From assembly GCA_022508885.1 (NCBI GenBank), contig JAFLUG010000002.1, forward strand, positions 6,816 to 70,815: a DNA stretch of 64,000 nt, in the 5' to 3' direction. This stretch comes from Oscillospiraceae bacterium. GTDB lineage: Bacteria > Bacillota > Clostridia > Oscillospirales > Ruminococcaceae. Each line of letters starts with the position of its first letter. Position 1 is the stretch's first letter. This document shows, one piece after another, positions 43,250-53,812 of the stretch. A model generated the notes under the pieces. It searched no databases. It had not been told where the DNA came from and saw only the letters and a program-made list of their open reading frames with translations. The position numbers and the translations under genes are program-made.

Positions 43250-43927
43250 TTAAACCTCGAATTTATACCCCAATCCGCGAAGTGTCACGATAAACTTCCT
43301 GTAAGGACCCAAATTGTTTCTAAGCATTTTTATGTGGGTATCAATGGTTCTGTCATCACCGAAAAAATCATATCCCCAGACCTCTTCGAGCAGCTTGTTT
43401 CTTGTAAGCGCGATATTTTTGTTTCTCACAAGGTAAAATAGCAGGTCATACTCTTTCGGCGTTAGATTCGCCTTTTCACCGTCAATATAAACGTTTCTGG
43501 AAACAAAATTAATCTCAAGCCCCTCAAATTTTTCGATTTCGATCTGAGACGTCTGAGCAGAGGCTGCTGAATTTCGCTTTACGATCGCGTTTATTCTTGC
43601 CATAACCTCCTTGGGAGAAAACGGTTTTACCACATAATCGTCTATGCCTATCTCAAAGCCAAACAGCTTGTCGTATTCTTCACCTCTCGCGGAAAGCATC
43701 ATCATTGGTGTTTGCTTGTATTTTCTTATCTCTTTGCAGGCTGAATATCCGTCGAGTCTCGGCATCATGATATCCATTACGATTATATCATAATCCTTTG
43801 CTTTTGCCATTTCAATAGCCTGCATTCCGTCGTTCGCTTCTTCGACCTCATGTCCTTCGAACTCAGCGTATTCCTTAAGCACCTCACGAATATGCTCTTC
43901 GTCATCTACCACAAGAATTTTATACAT
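43250..43927 (-). CDS. OmpR-family response regulator
   Basis: Receiver domain (ILVVDDE...DIIVMDIMMPRLDG) plus a winged-helix output domain (LTPKEYDLLFYL...RGLGYKF). Confidence 0.92.
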   Translation of the reverse strand: MYKILVVDDEEHIREVLKEYAEFEGHEVEEANDGMQAIEMAKAKDYDIIVMDIMMPRLDGYSACKEIRKYKQTPMMMLSARGEEYDKLFGFEIGIDDYVVKPFSPKEVMARINAIVKRNSAASAQTSQIEIEKFEGLEINFVSRNVYIDGEKANLTPKEYDLLFYLVRNKNIALTRNKLLEEVWGYDFFGDDRTIDTHIKMLRNNLGPYRKFIVTLRGLGYKFEV

Positions 43928-44121
43928 TTTTATCGCACCTCTTTTTATCTAAAGTATATTTTCAGCAAAAGCGGGCGTCCTTTGTTATTAAAAGAACGCC
44001 CAAAATAATAAAGAGAAAACTATGAACATTGCCGTCACTTACCGGTACGGGTACTGCTTGTACCGACAAACAAATAATACAAAATCATTATGTAAACAAC
44101 GTGAAAAGAAACTGAAATTTA

Positions 44122-45204
44122 TTAAAAAACGTCTTCTTTAAACAAATCAATAACCTCTCGCATTTTAAAATCAAGATAATCGGGAATACCGGTTTCAAAG
44201 TAAGTATACTCGTCACATTCAAGGATTATAGCATCATTTTTACATTCTTTAAGAGCCGGCATCTTCATTATTGTTATAACTCTTCCGTCTACCTCTTCAA
44301 GTGTAAATTCTCCGTCAGCCTCTTCCATCAGGCGCTTTATTATTGGTATTCCACATCCGATCTTATGCTTTGAAAAATCGTTTTCGGATAATTCATTTTG
44401 TTTTTCGCTATAATAGCTGTTTTCATTTACGATTTTCAATACAACATAATCTTTTTTGTCAATAACGCATTTCTGAAGTGTAACAATAGGTACACTGTCC
44501 TTTGGAGAATACAAAAGCGAATTCTGCAACGCGTTTATAATCGCACAGATGGCATGACGCCTATCGGCGTGAATATAGCAGGCGTCATATACCTTAACAT
44601 AATCGATATATCTGCCGCATTTTGAAAGAAAGGTATTACAGCGATTTATTATTCTTTCCAACAGCTCGCCGCAGTCAATTCTGACATAGTTCGGCTTCTT
44701 TAAAATAATATCGACATACTCGATTATGTTCTGTGAAACAAGATTTGTCTTAACCAGATATTCTTCCATATCCGCGGCGATTTTACTGTTTCCCATATCT
44801 CTTAGCTTGACCATGATATCCCATAGGTGAACGAGATTATACTGGAAAACATCTATGGTAGGAAGAAGTCTGCTGAAAAAATCCGTATTTCTCGCGATCC
44901 TTCCGAGCTCGTGACTGTCAAACAGCCCGCATATATAAAACCTGTCTGTTTTTATAATTTTTGCACAGTACTGAACGCCCTTAACAACAAAAATCGTGGA
45001 TGTAAATGTCTCGCTTGTAAACAGCTCGTCACGGTCTGAATATAAATTTACCTTTGTTTTAAGCGGTATAATTCCTTTCTTACTGTAAACGCATTCCAGG
45101 CTGTTGTTAAAAATCGCGGTAGGAAAGTCAACGGCTTCACAGAAACCTACTAAGTTTTTCAGCTCGTCGGCTTCAGAAACAGATTTATCTTTAATCTCAA
45201 CCAA
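44122..45204 (-). CDS. Hypothetical cytoplasmic protein with a GHKL/HATPase_c-like C-terminal domain
   Basis: 360 aa, no TM segment. AICAIINALQNSLLYS (N-box-like) and GCGIPIIKRLMEEADGEF (G2-like). No clear H-box. Confidence 0.45.
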   Translation of the reverse strand: MVEIKDKSVSEADELKNLVGFCEAVDFPTAIFNNSLECVYSKKGIIPLKTKVNLYSDRDELFTSETFTSTIFVVKGVQYCAKIIKTDRFYICGLFDSHELGRIARNTDFFSRLLPTIDVFQYNLVHLWDIMVKLRDMGNSKIAADMEEYLVKTNLVSQNIIEYVDIILKKPNYVRIDCGELLERIINRCNTFLSKCGRYIDYVKVYDACYIHADRRHAICAIINALQNSLLYSPKDSVPIVTLQKCVIDKKDYVVLKIVNENSYYSEKQNELSENDFSKHKIGCGIPIIKRLMEEADGEFTLEEVDGRVITIMKMPALKECKNDAIILECDEYTYFETGIPDYLDFKMREVIDLFKEDVF

Positions 45205-46993
45205 TCAGATCACTCATTTCATCAAGAAGTCGGTTAAAAAGTTTCATGGCGTTTCTGGCGGGTTCTTCCGATGTCATATCAACGCCCGCGTCCTTTAAAA
45301 GCGAGATAGGATCCTTTGAACAGCCTCCGCTTAAAAAGCCGATATAATCCTTTACGGCGCTTGCTCCCTCATTCAAAATACTTTCAGAAAGGGCTATTGC
45401 CGCCAAAAATCCCGTCGCGTACTGATAAACATAATAGTTATAATAGAAATGCGGGATCCTTGCCCATTCGACATCAAGCTCACTGTCAACTATAAAATCT
45501 TCTCCGTAATAATCAACATTCAGCTGATGATACACTTCACAAAGCTTATCTGCGGTAAGACTGCCGCCGTTTTCTACAATTTCATTTATCGCAAGCTCAA
45601 ACTCAGCAAACATCGCCTGACGGTAGAAGGTCGTTCTGAACTGCTCTAAGAAATAATTTACCAGATATGCTCTCAGCTTTTTATCTGAGCAATTCTTAAG
45701 CAAATGGCGCATAAGCAGGCTTTCGTTGCAGGTAGAAGCGACCTCCGCGACAAAAATAACATAATCTGAATAAACTACGGGCTGGTTTTTATTGGACAGA
45801 TAGGAATGGATAGCATGTCCCATTTCGTGCGCAAGAGTAAACTCACAGTTTAACGTATCTTTGTGATTAAGCAAAACAAACGGATGGATTCGTGCTCCCG
45901 CAGAATAAGCTCCGCTTCGTTTTCCGACATTTTCGTACACATCTATCCAGCGCTCGTCAATGGCCTTCTTAAAAATCGCGCGGTATTCCTCGCCCATAGG
46001 CTCAAGAGATGCATAAACCTCTTCTACTGCTTTTTCAAACGGAATTTTAAGGTCTATGTCATTTATACAAGGCGCGGACAGATCATAAGCGTGAAACTCG
46101 TCTGTTCCGAGAGCTTTTTTATGGATCTTAATATACCTATGCAGCGGTTCTAAATTCTCGCGGACGGACTTTATAAGCCGACGGTAAACCTCCGTATCCA
46201 CCTCATTTGCAGATAGAGCTGCCTCAAGTGTAGAGGAATATTTTCTCGCTCTCGCGTTGAACACAAGCGACTTGATCTGAGAAGAAAGCGTAGCCGCGCA
46301 GGTGTTTTTGAATTTACTGTATGTCTGATGTACGGACTCAAACGACGACTTTCTTAACACTCTGTCGGAACTGCGCATATACGCAACATGGCTTTCGTGA
46401 GTGACCTGATGAATATTTCCGTCTTTATCGACAGCATCGGGAAAGATAAGATCCGCGTCGTTGAACATCGAGAATATCGTATCTGGAGACTCCGCCATCT
46501 CGCCCGCAAGCGCAAGTATCTTCTCCTCATTTTCGGATAGGATATGTCCGCGTTTTATCCTTACGCGTTCAAGCGCTCTCTTGTATAATTTCAGTTCGGG
46601 AAGCTTGTCAAAAAAATCCGAAAGAGTTTCATCGGAAATGGAAAGTATCTCAGGAGAAGCAAATGCCGCCGCGTCAGACAAAGAAACATAAAGCATTCCA
46701 AGACGGTTTGACATATCCTGATACTTGGAAACACGCGTGTCCTCGTCACTTTTACGCTGAGAATAGTTAATAAGCTTATCCAGCAAAACGGTAAGCTCAT
46801 CGTCCAACCGGCAATAATCTAACAGATCTTCTGCGGAGCTACAGAGCTTTCCTTTAAATCCCGCAATTTTTTCCGCGTAACCCATTGCCTTCTTATAATC
46901 ATCTTCCCAAAGCTCGTCGTTTTTGTAGATGTCATTTATTGACCAACGGCTTTTCTCGGGAATATCAGCGCGCTCGGGTATTCTATCCGACAT
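45197..46993 (-). CDS. pepF: Oligoendopeptidase F (M3B family)
   Basis: The HEMGHAIH zinc motif. I prefer the start at 46993 (AAAGGAG upstream). The ORF-track start is 47011. Confidence 0.9.
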   Translation of the reverse strand: MSDRIPERADIPEKSRWSINDIYKNDELWEDDYKKAMGYAEKIAGFKGKLCSSAEDLLDYCRLDDELTVLLDKLINYSQRKSDEDTRVSKYQDMSNRLGMLYVSLSDAAAFASPEILSISDETLSDFFDKLPELKLYKRALERVRIKRGHILSENEEKILALAGEMAESPDTIFSMFNDADLIFPDAVDKDGNIHQVTHESHVAYMRSSDRVLRKSSFESVHQTYSKFKNTCAATLSSQIKSLVFNARARKYSSTLEAALSANEVDTEVYRRLIKSVRENLEPLHRYIKIHKKALGTDEFHAYDLSAPCINDIDLKIPFEKAVEEVYASLEPMGEEYRAIFKKAIDERWIDVYENVGKRSGAYSAGARIHPFVLLNHKDTLNCEFTLAHEMGHAIHSYLSNKNQPVVYSDYVIFVAEVASTCNESLLMRHLLKNCSDKKLRAYLVNYFLEQFRTTFYRQAMFAEFELAINEIVENGGSLTADKLCEVYHQLNVDYYGEDFIVDSELDVEWARIPHFYYNYYVYQYATGFLAAIALSESILNEGASAVKDYIGFLSGGCSKDPISLLKDAGVDMTSEEPARNAMKLFNRLLDEMSDLIG

Positions 46994-47013
46994 ATGATCT
47001 CCTTTCGTCAATC

Positions 47014-47604
47014 CTAATCATTGCGGCGTTCAGCCAAATAAATTCCCCAATCCTTAAACATTTCGGGGATATCATAAATCATTTTGCCGTTGATATTTAC
47101 GGCGAAACACTTTCCCGGATTTTCATACGAAAAAGTATCCCACGCGGTAACAAGCTTTTCCGTTCTCGGAATATCATGCTTTTTGAAGAGAGGATAATAC
47201 TTTTCGATTTCCTTGCTGAAAACGATGATCTCGTTGTACTTTACCGACATTATCTCGTCTCCGCTTTCATGACAGCCGAATCCAAACATCGCGAGTCCGT
47301 CCGCATAAAGCATCTCGCCTGCTATTTCAAGAATTCTTTCAGCATTTTTACTGTCAAGCGCGTCAATATAATAAACGTCATTGTGCTGAGCTTCTGAAAG
47401 GTCGTGCTCGTCGTTAGCGTTAGTGGGAAGTTCCAGGATAAAGAACAGCGGCTCTTCGTGCATTCTGATAAAACCGGTCATCATATCACCAAGCTTATCG
47501 GCGCTGACATTTGCGAAAATACGGTTTTCTCCGGGCGTATAGCTCTCAAAGAGCTTCTCCGGGAAAGGCACCGCACAGCCTGCCCTCATTTTCAACTGTT
47601 CCAT
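47014..47604 (-). CDS. Hypothetical protein, 196 aa
   Basis: ORF-track ORF in an operon-like position. No motif recognised. Confidence 0.45.
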   Translation of the reverse strand: MEQLKMRAGCAVPFPEKLFESYTPGENRIFANVSADKLGDMMTGFIRMHEEPLFFILELPTNANDEHDLSEAQHNDVYYIDALDSKNAERILEIAGEMLYADGLAMFGFGCHESGDEIMSVKYNEIIVFSKEIEKYYPLFKKHDIPRTEKLVTAWDTFSYENPGKCFAVNINGKMIYDIPEMFKDWGIYLAERRND

Positions 47605-47623
47605 AAATTCTTACAATACTTAA

Positions 47624-48178
47624 TCAATGCATTCTCTTACGGATCTTCGGCTTTAAAAGCTTTTCGTAAAAAAACTTTAAATAACCGAGGAAAATGTCGT
47701 AAGCTGCAAACGCAAACATTGCCAAAGAAGCAAGAATGATAGCGCTGTATTTTCCAAAATCATTTGCGTCTTCCAAAAGCTGCGTCATTCCGAAAGCAAA
47801 AATCAGGATCGAATAACAGCCCGCAATCGCTACCGCGGCAACAGCCAACTTTACAAGACCCCTCAACAGGAAAAACCTGAGTTTCTGAAAATACTCTCTG
47901 AGGATCGGATAATATCCAAACAGGAAAATAAACAGAAAAGCCACCTCATAGTTTGAGGTGATGAGCAAACATAAAAGCCCTACGGCAATGTAGCTTACAA
48001 GTCCGTATTTTACACCAAGTTCTTCTCTTATTACATAGATAAGAACACCTGCAAACGCGGGAGTTATATACTCAAACATAGGTACAAACCCGAAAACAAA
48101 CATCACCGCAAGCGCAAGCGCGCTCATGATACCACAAAGAGCAACGATATAGCCTATGCGCTGAGGCTTTTGTGACAT
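47624..48178 (-). CDS. Hypothetical polytopic membrane protein, 184 aa
   Basis: Five to six hydrophobic segments. Family not recognised (possibly an ECF S-component-like protein; a guess). Confidence 0.45.
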   Translation of the reverse strand: MSQKPQRIGYIVALCGIMSALALAVMFVFGFVPMFEYITPAFAGVLIYVIREELGVKYGLVSYIAVGLLCLLITSNYEVAFLFIFLFGYYPILREYFQKLRFFLLRGLVKLAVAAVAIAGCYSILIFAFGMTQLLEDANDFGKYSAIILASLAMFAFAAYDIFLGYLKFFYEKLLKPKIRKRMH

Positions 48179-48179
48179 A

Positions 48180-49034
48180 TTATCTGCGCCCCTGTCCGTA
48201 AAATTCCATACTCTTTTCCTTTTGTATTCTTCCGTCCCTCAAAAGACTGCGCAGCGTGTCGATATCATCATTTTCCATAGCGTCACGGTATTCCGTAAGC
48301 GACCGGATGATGTTGTTCACCTCAAATAAAAGCGCATCCTTGTTGCACATAAAAAGACCCGACCACATTTCCTCATTAAGGTACGCTACTCTTGTCAGAT
48401 CAAGAAAGCTTCCCGCCGAAAAACCGTCAGCCTTTAACAACGATGGACTTTTAACATAAGCGTTTGAAACAACATGGGCAAGCTGAGAGGTATAAGCGAT
48501 ATTTCTGTCGTGCTGTTCGGGAGTCGCTATAACCACCTGTCCGAAATTCATACAAGCTCCGAGGGTGGAAACAAGGTCAACAGCGATCTGCGGAGTTTTT
48601 TCAGTAGGCGTTACGATAAAGCTCGCCTTGTTAAAAAGCTCCGCGCTCGAATAGTCAAAGCCCGAATGTTCCGTTCCGGCCATAGGATGGGTCCCGATAA
48701 AGATAACGCCCTTTTCCTCAAGAATAGGTGTGCAGTTATTTACAATGTATCCCTTTACACCGCAAATATCCATTACTATCGAGCCTTTTTTGAACTTGTC
48801 CGCGTTTTCTTTAACGAACTTAACGATAGCCATCGGATAAAGCGCTATCACGGTAAGATTAGCCTCGCAGAGCTTCTCAACGCTTATTTCCTCGTCGATT
48901 GCGCCCGCTTCGAGAGCTTTTTTTACCGTTTCATTGTCCGAATCTATTCCCATGATATGGTGGAATGTGTTGGCTTTAAGGGCTTTACAGATAGAACCTC
49001 CGATAAGTCCCAAGCCCACTACTGCTATGTTCAT
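48180..49034 (-). CDS. tyrA: Prephenate dehydrogenase
   Basis: Rossmann IAVVGLGLIGGS and the GTHPMAG motif. Confidence 0.88.
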   Translation of the reverse strand: MNIAVVGLGLIGGSICKALKANTFHHIMGIDSDNETVKKALEAGAIDEEISVEKLCEANLTVIALYPMAIVKFVKENADKFKKGSIVMDICGVKGYIVNNCTPILEEKGVIFIGTHPMAGTEHSGFDYSSAELFNKASFIVTPTEKTPQIAVDLVSTLGACMNFGQVVIATPEQHDRNIAYTSQLAHVVSNAYVKSPSLLKADGFSAGSFLDLTRVAYLNEEMWSGLFMCNKDALLFEVNNIIRSLTEYRDAMENDDIDTLRSLLRDGRIQKEKSMEFYGQGRR

Positions 49035-49113
49035 TTACACTTCTCCCGATAATCCAATATAATGTTATTATACCATAATATCTAAAAAAATGCAATAGCT
49101 TTTGTTAAAATTC

Positions 49114-49147
49114 CCAAAAATAACAAGGACGCCGAAACGTCCTTGTT
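49114..49147 (-). terminator. Rho-independent terminator after fba
   Basis: On the minus strand: AACAAGGACG-tttcgg-CGTCCTTGTT followed by ATTTTTGGG. Confidence 0.75.
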
Positions 49148-49167
49148 AAAAGATAAAATTACTTGAA

Positions 49168-50031
49168 TCAAGCCTTGCCGACAGAGCCGAACAGCTCCAT
49201 TTTTTCCTTTACGGTAGCCTTTATTGCTTCCGCACCGGGAGCAAGCAGCTTTCTCGGATCAAAGCCCTTACCCTGCTGATCCTTGCCTGCTTCGATGTAC
49301 TTTCTCGTAGCGTCGGCAAACGAGAGCTGGCACTCGGTATTAACGTTGATCTTCGCAACGCCGAGCGAAATAGCCTTCTTGATCATATCCTCGGGGATAC
49401 CTGTACCGCCGTGAAGTACGAGAGGCATATCGCCGACTTCCTTCTTTACAGCCTCGAGAGTTTCAAAGGAAAGACCCGGCCAGTTTTCGGGGTATTTACC
49501 GTGAATGTTTCCGATTCCCGCGGCAAGCATTGTTACGCCAAGATCTGCAATCGCCTTGCACTCCTTGGGATCAGCGCACTCGCCGAGACCTACGACTCCG
49601 TCCTCTTCACCGCCGATTGAGCCGACCTCCGCTTCGATCGAAACGCCAAGAACATCGCAGGTGTTTACAAGTATTTTGGTCTTCTCAATGTTTTCAGCGA
49701 TAGGATAGTGAGAACCGTCAAACATTATGGAAGAAAAGCCTGCTCTGATGCACTTCTGCGCGCCCTCAAACGTACCGTGATCAAGATGAAGGGCTACGGG
49801 GACGGTTATATTCATTTCCTCGAGCATTCCGTTTACCATTCCCACAACGGTCTTAAAGCCCGTCATATACTTGCCCGCGCCTTCGGATACGCCGAGAATA
49901 ACGGGTGACTTCAATTCCTCAGCAACGGTCAGAACGGACTTTGTCCATTCGAGGTTGTTGATGTTGAACTGACCGACAGCGTACTTCCCGTCGCGAGCCT
50001 TATTGAGCATTTCTTTAGCGGAAACCAACAT
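49168..50031 (-). CDS. fba: Class II fructose-1,6-bisphosphate aldolase
   Basis: 287 aa. LHLDHG ... HGGTG motifs. Confidence 0.93.
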   Translation of the reverse strand: MLVSAKEMLNKARDGKYAVGQFNINNLEWTKSVLTVAEELKSPVILGVSEGAGKYMTGFKTVVGMVNGMLEEMNITVPVALHLDHGTFEGAQKCIRAGFSSIMFDGSHYPIAENIEKTKILVNTCDVLGVSIEAEVGSIGGEEDGVVGLGECADPKECKAIADLGVTMLAAGIGNIHGKYPENWPGLSFETLEAVKKEVGDMPLVLHGGTGIPEDMIKKAISLGVAKINVNTECQLSFADATRKYIEAGKDQQGKGFDPRKLLAPGAEAIKATVKEKMELFGSVGKA

Positions 50032-50169
50032 AAATATTTTCTCCTTTATGATTGAATTTCGGATTATAAATCCATAAAGTAATTATATCACATTTTCCAC
50101 AAAATTGCAATATATTTTGAAAAATTTTCTACAATTTCACCAAATGTATATTTCTGTTTATATCCCCTA

Positions 50170-50496
50170 TCAGCTATTGTGATCGCTGTTGTGGAACTGC
50201 TTAAGGTTTCCGATTTTTTTCGCTCTTTCACTCATTATCTCGTCAACTCTTTCAACAGAAAGCCCGCGCTCTGCCATAAGCACGGCGACGTGATAAAACA
50301 AATCGTTTATTTCGTTTGCAAGCTCTTCGTTGTCAGCATTTTTCGCAGCGATAACCATTTCGGTGCATTCCTCGCCGCACTTCTTTAAAATTTTATCAAG
50401 ACCCTTGTCGAAAAGATAGCAGGTGTAGCTGCCCTCCTGCGGATTGTCTCTGCGGTTTAAAATAACCTCGTACATTTCCTTGAACGCGTCTGTCAT
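50170..50496 (-). CDS. hisE: Phosphoribosyl-ATP pyrophosphatase
   Basis: 108 aa. The GEECTEMVIAAKN...LANEINDLFYHVAVLM MazG-like helices. Confidence 0.88.
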   Translation of the reverse strand: MTDAFKEMYEVILNRRDNPQEGSYTCYLFDKGLDKILKKCGEECTEMVIAAKNADNEELANEINDLFYHVAVLMAERGLSVERVDEIMSERAKKIGNLKQFHNSDHNS

Positions 50497-51155
50497 AGTT
50501 TTTCCTCCTGTGTTTCAAACTCCTCGTGTTTTATGAATTGCCCGAGAGAAGCAAGATTTTTCGGTGTCGCTTTAAATTTACAAAGCTCCTGCTCTTTACC
50601 GGTAAGGTCAACGACCTTAATTTTTATCCGATTTTTAAAATTGTCGATTTCCGCGTAAACGGGGATGGCGTCCTTCAATCCTCTTATCCTGTACCCGTTT
50701 TCCGTAATTACAATAAAGTGACCTAACATGCCTACTATCGAATCGATTCCAATCAAAAGCAAATAAACGCCTAATTGATTATATAAGTTCTCATTGTTTT
50801 TGCAGGTTGAAATATAATCCTCATAATACTTATAGGGGTCTAATATTATAATTCCTTTTTTATTTTCTTGAATTTTTGCAAATTCTTCAACAAATGCCGT
50901 TCCTCTTCCCGGCTCTAAAAGAGCGACAGTCTCCTTATATCCGTTTGCGGTCTCAAACTGCTGAGCCGAAAAGAAAAACATAGCTGTGATCATAACAAAA
51001 AGAATAACAGTAAAAACAGTACACTTGTATTTGACCGCAACAATCCCCTCTCTCGAAGAAAGAACAAACAATTTGACAAAACGAAAAATTCCAAACGCCG
51101 CGGAAAAAGCAAAAAAAGAATACAAAAAAATTCTAAAAATAAATAAAAAGTCCAT
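50493..51155 (-). CDS. Hypothetical membrane protein (220 aa) inserted between hisI and hisE
   Basis: Two to three N-terminal TM segments, then a soluble domain. ATGA overlap with hisE. No his-pathway motif. Confidence 0.5.
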   Translation of the reverse strand: MDFLFIFRIFLYSFFAFSAAFGIFRFVKLFVLSSREGIVAVKYKCTVFTVILFVMITAMFFFSAQQFETANGYKETVALLEPGRGTAFVEEFAKIQENKKGIIILDPYKYYEDYISTCKNNENLYNQLGVYLLLIGIDSIVGMLGHFIVITENGYRIRGLKDAIPVYAEIDNFKNRIKIKVVDLTGKEQELCKFKATPKNLASLGQFIKHEEFETQEEKL

Positions 51156-51161
51156 AATACC

Positions 51162-51476
51162 TCACTTTATCCTGTTGAAAAAGCAGGTACGGTTACCCGT
51201 ATGGCAGGCTGCGCCTGTCTGCTCTACTTTGACCAACAGCGTATCGTCGTCGCAGTCGCCGTAAATTTCGATAACGCGCTGAACGTGTCCAGAGGTAGCG
51301 CCCTTGTTCCAAAGCTCCTGTCTTGACCTGCTCCAGAACCAGGTGTAGCCCGTTTCAAGTGTTTTTTGCAGACTTTCTTCGTTCATATACGCGAGCATAA
51401 GAACCTCGCCCGTTTCATTATCCTGAACTATCGCGGGTATCAGCTCGGATTTTTTAAAGTATTTTTTTACGTCCAT
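51162..51476 (-). CDS. hisI: Phosphoribosyl-AMP cyclohydrolase
   Basis: 104 aa. ...[10 protein letters not shown]...[12 protein letters not shown]...GDCDDDTLL...ACHTG. Confidence 0.92.
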   Translation of the reverse strand: MDVKKYFKKSELIPAIVQDNETGEVLMLAYMNEESLQKTLETGYTWFWSRSRQELWNKGATSGHVQRVIEIYGDCDDDTLLVKVEQTGAACHTGNRTCFFNRIK

Positions 51477-51516
51477 AAATCTCCCTATTACTGTGTACTG
51501 TCAACTGTCCACTGTT

Positions 51517-52230
51517 TCAATCCCACCAGAAATACCATGTTGACGACTTAGTGAGTATATCCGCAAGTCTTCCGACCGTTTCAACTCCCTGATCGACGAT
51601 ATCAGTGCAGAACATATACTGCTCGAGCGCAAGATCCATAGCCGCGGTCTTGTCCTTTATGGGGTGCGCTTTGAACTCAAGCACGTCGTGAGTCATCAGC
51701 GCGGGTATCGCACCGTATTTTTCATACCAATATTTTCCTATCCAGAACATCTCCTCAGGATTAGGACACTCGTTCCAGCCGCCGAAAGGAAACCAAGCGA
51801 ATATCTCCCACGGGTTTGTAACGGGAATTTTAGCGATAACGCACTCTAAACTTTTTCCCGTATGAAAATCGCGCATTCCCGAAAAGCCATTCATTTCCTC
51901 GCCGTCCTCAACCTCGCCGATAAGCTCGTCCCAATACTCGCTCATTTCCTCTTTTTCATTTTCAAGAGCATCATCGAACCACTTTTTCGCGTCGATCTCG
52001 GGAGCCGCAAACACCTCTTTCTGAAGGTCAGTCGAGCGGCTGCTTCCGTCAAGCTCCATATAGTCCTCAATTCCGAAAATTATCGGAGTATAACCGCCCT
52101 CCGTCCTTTTGGCAAACAATTCTTCATAAATTTCGTTTACTTCTAAAAGCTCTGTTCCTTTCGGTATGTGTACATACTCACAACCTAAATAATTAATTAT
52201 TTTCTGTGCCTTTTCGCTGATGTTTGACAC
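51517..52230 (-). CDS. Hypothetical 237-aa protein inserted between hisF and hisI (possibly DUF4253-like)
   Basis: The WFPFGGWNECP segment resembles what I recall of the DUF4253 family (memory only). No his-pathway motif. Confidence 0.45.
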   Translation of the reverse strand: MSNISEKAQKIINYLGCEYVHIPKGTELLEVNEIYEELFAKRTEGGYTPIIFGIEDYMELDGSSRSTDLQKEVFAAPEIDAKKWFDDALENEKEEMSEYWDELIGEVEDGEEMNGFSGMRDFHTGKSLECVIAKIPVTNPWEIFAWFPFGGWNECPNPEEMFWIGKYWYEKYGAIPALMTHDVLEFKAHPIKDKTAAMDLALEQYMFCTDIVDQGVETVGRLADILTKSSTWYFWWD

Positions 52231-52245
52231 TATTATTTCCTCCTT

Positions 52246-53001
52246 TTATCTTGCCGGAATATTATGCTCTCTCAAATGTGTTTTAATTTCACCTACGGTA
52301 AGCTCCTTAAAATGGAACAGCGAAGCCGCCAATGCCGCCGAGGAATTTGTTTTCTCAAAAACCTCACTGAAATGCCCGATCGCTCCGCAGCCTCCGCTTG
52401 CGATCACGGGTATGGAAACACGCTCGCAAACGAAATTGAGCATATCAATGTCAAACCCGCCGCGTACTCCGTCGGTATCGATTGAATTAAGGCAGATCTC
52501 GCCCGCGCCGCGCTCGGAAATTTCCTTTACCCAATCGCCCAGATCAAGGTTCATATCAACTCTTCCGCCGTTTATAAACACCGAATATCCGCCTTTGTCG
52601 TTGCGCTTTGCGTCAATTCCCACAACAACGCACTGACTTCCGAAGATCTCCGCGGCGTCGCTTATCAGCTTAGGATTCTTGACCGCCTGAGAGTTTACCG
52701 AGACCTTATCCGCGCCTGCTCTCAGAACCTCGCGAAAATCATCGACCGAGGAAATTCCGCCGCCAACACAAAGCGGAACAAAGACCTGCTGTGCTGTTCT
52801 CCTCACAACGTCGAGCATCACTCCGCGTCCCTCATAAGAAGCGGTTATATCGTAGAATACTATCTCGTCGGCGCCCTGTCTGTTGTATTCGACAGCAAGC
52901 TCTACGGGGTCGCCTACATCCTTTACGCCTTCAAAATTTACTCCCTTTACAACTTTTCCGTTCCTCACATCAAGACAGGGGATTATTCTTTTCGCAAGCA
53001 T
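52246..53001 (-). CDS. hisF: Imidazole glycerol phosphate synthase, cyclase subunit
   Basis: 251 aa. RIIPCLDV ... GADKVS motifs. Confidence 0.95.
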   Translation of the reverse strand: MLAKRIIPCLDVRNGKVVKGVNFEGVKDVGDPVELAVEYNRQGADEIVFYDITASYEGRGVMLDVVRRTAQQVFVPLCVGGGISSVDDFREVLRAGADKVSVNSQAVKNPKLISDAAEIFGSQCVVVGIDAKRNDKGGYSVFINGGRVDMNLDLGDWVKEISERGAGEICLNSIDTDGVRGGFDIDMLNFVCERVSIPVIASGGCGAIGHFSEVFEKTNSSAALAASLFHFKELTVGEIKTHLREHNIPAR

Positions 53002-53010
53002 ACCTTCATC

Positions 53011-53733
53011 TTACTCCTCATTGTGTGCAATCTTTATCGCCTCGGAAAGGTCAAGACTTCCCGAATAAAGTGACTTTCCGCAAATCGCGCCGTAAAGCCC
53101 GAGCTTTTTGCAAATTCTAATGTCATCGACCGAGCGCACTCCTCCGCTTGCGATTATATTCGCGGAGCAGCTTGTATTTATCTGCTCCAATTGCTCGGCG
53201 TTTACTCCCGAAAGAGTTCCGTCCTTTGAGATATCCGTAAAGATTATGTACTCAACGCCGATTCCGCTCATCTCTCGCGCAAGCGCTGTAAAATAAACGT
53301 CCGAGGTTTCGAGCCAGCCTTCTGTCGCCACACAACCGTTTTTAGCGTCTATTCCCACGGCAATTCTTCCGCCGAATTCCCTTACGGCGTCTTTTACCAA
53401 CTGAGGATCCTTCACGGCGGCAGAACCGATAATAACGCGTGAAATTCCGCTTTGCAGATACATCTCTACAGTGTCGAGAGAACGTATTCCCCCGCCGACT
53501 TCAACCTTCAAACCGGTATTTTTCGCAACATCAATTAAGATTTCTTTATTCTGTTGCGAAGCATCCTTAGCTCCATCAAGATCGACCATATGTATCCATT
53601 CAGCGCCGGCTTGTTCAAACGCTTTCGCGGTGTCCATATAGCTGTCGGCGACCTTCTGAACAGTGCTGTAATCGCCCTTGAACAGTCTTACACACTGCCC
53701 GTCCTTTATATCTATCGCAGGTAATATAATCAT
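53011..53733 (-). CDS. hisA: ProFAR isomerase
   Basis: 240 aa. [16 protein letters not shown] ... HMVDLDGA. Confidence 0.95.
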   Translation of the reverse strand: MIILPAIDIKDGQCVRLFKGDYSTVQKVADSYMDTAKAFEQAGAEWIHMVDLDGAKDASQQNKEILIDVAKNTGLKVEVGGGIRSLDTVEMYLQSGISRVIIGSAAVKDPQLVKDAVREFGGRIAVGIDAKNGCVATEGWLETSDVYFTALAREMSGIGVEYIIFTDISKDGTLSGVNAEQLEQINTSCSANIIASGGVRSVDDIRICKKLGLYGAICGKSLYSGSLDLSEAIKIAHNEE

Positions 53734-53812
53734 AAAATCACCTCATATTCAAGCGTAAATTCAATTTAATTGCGTAAAAGTTTTCTTTTGCGCAGTATAT
53801 CCCCGTCTTGCC

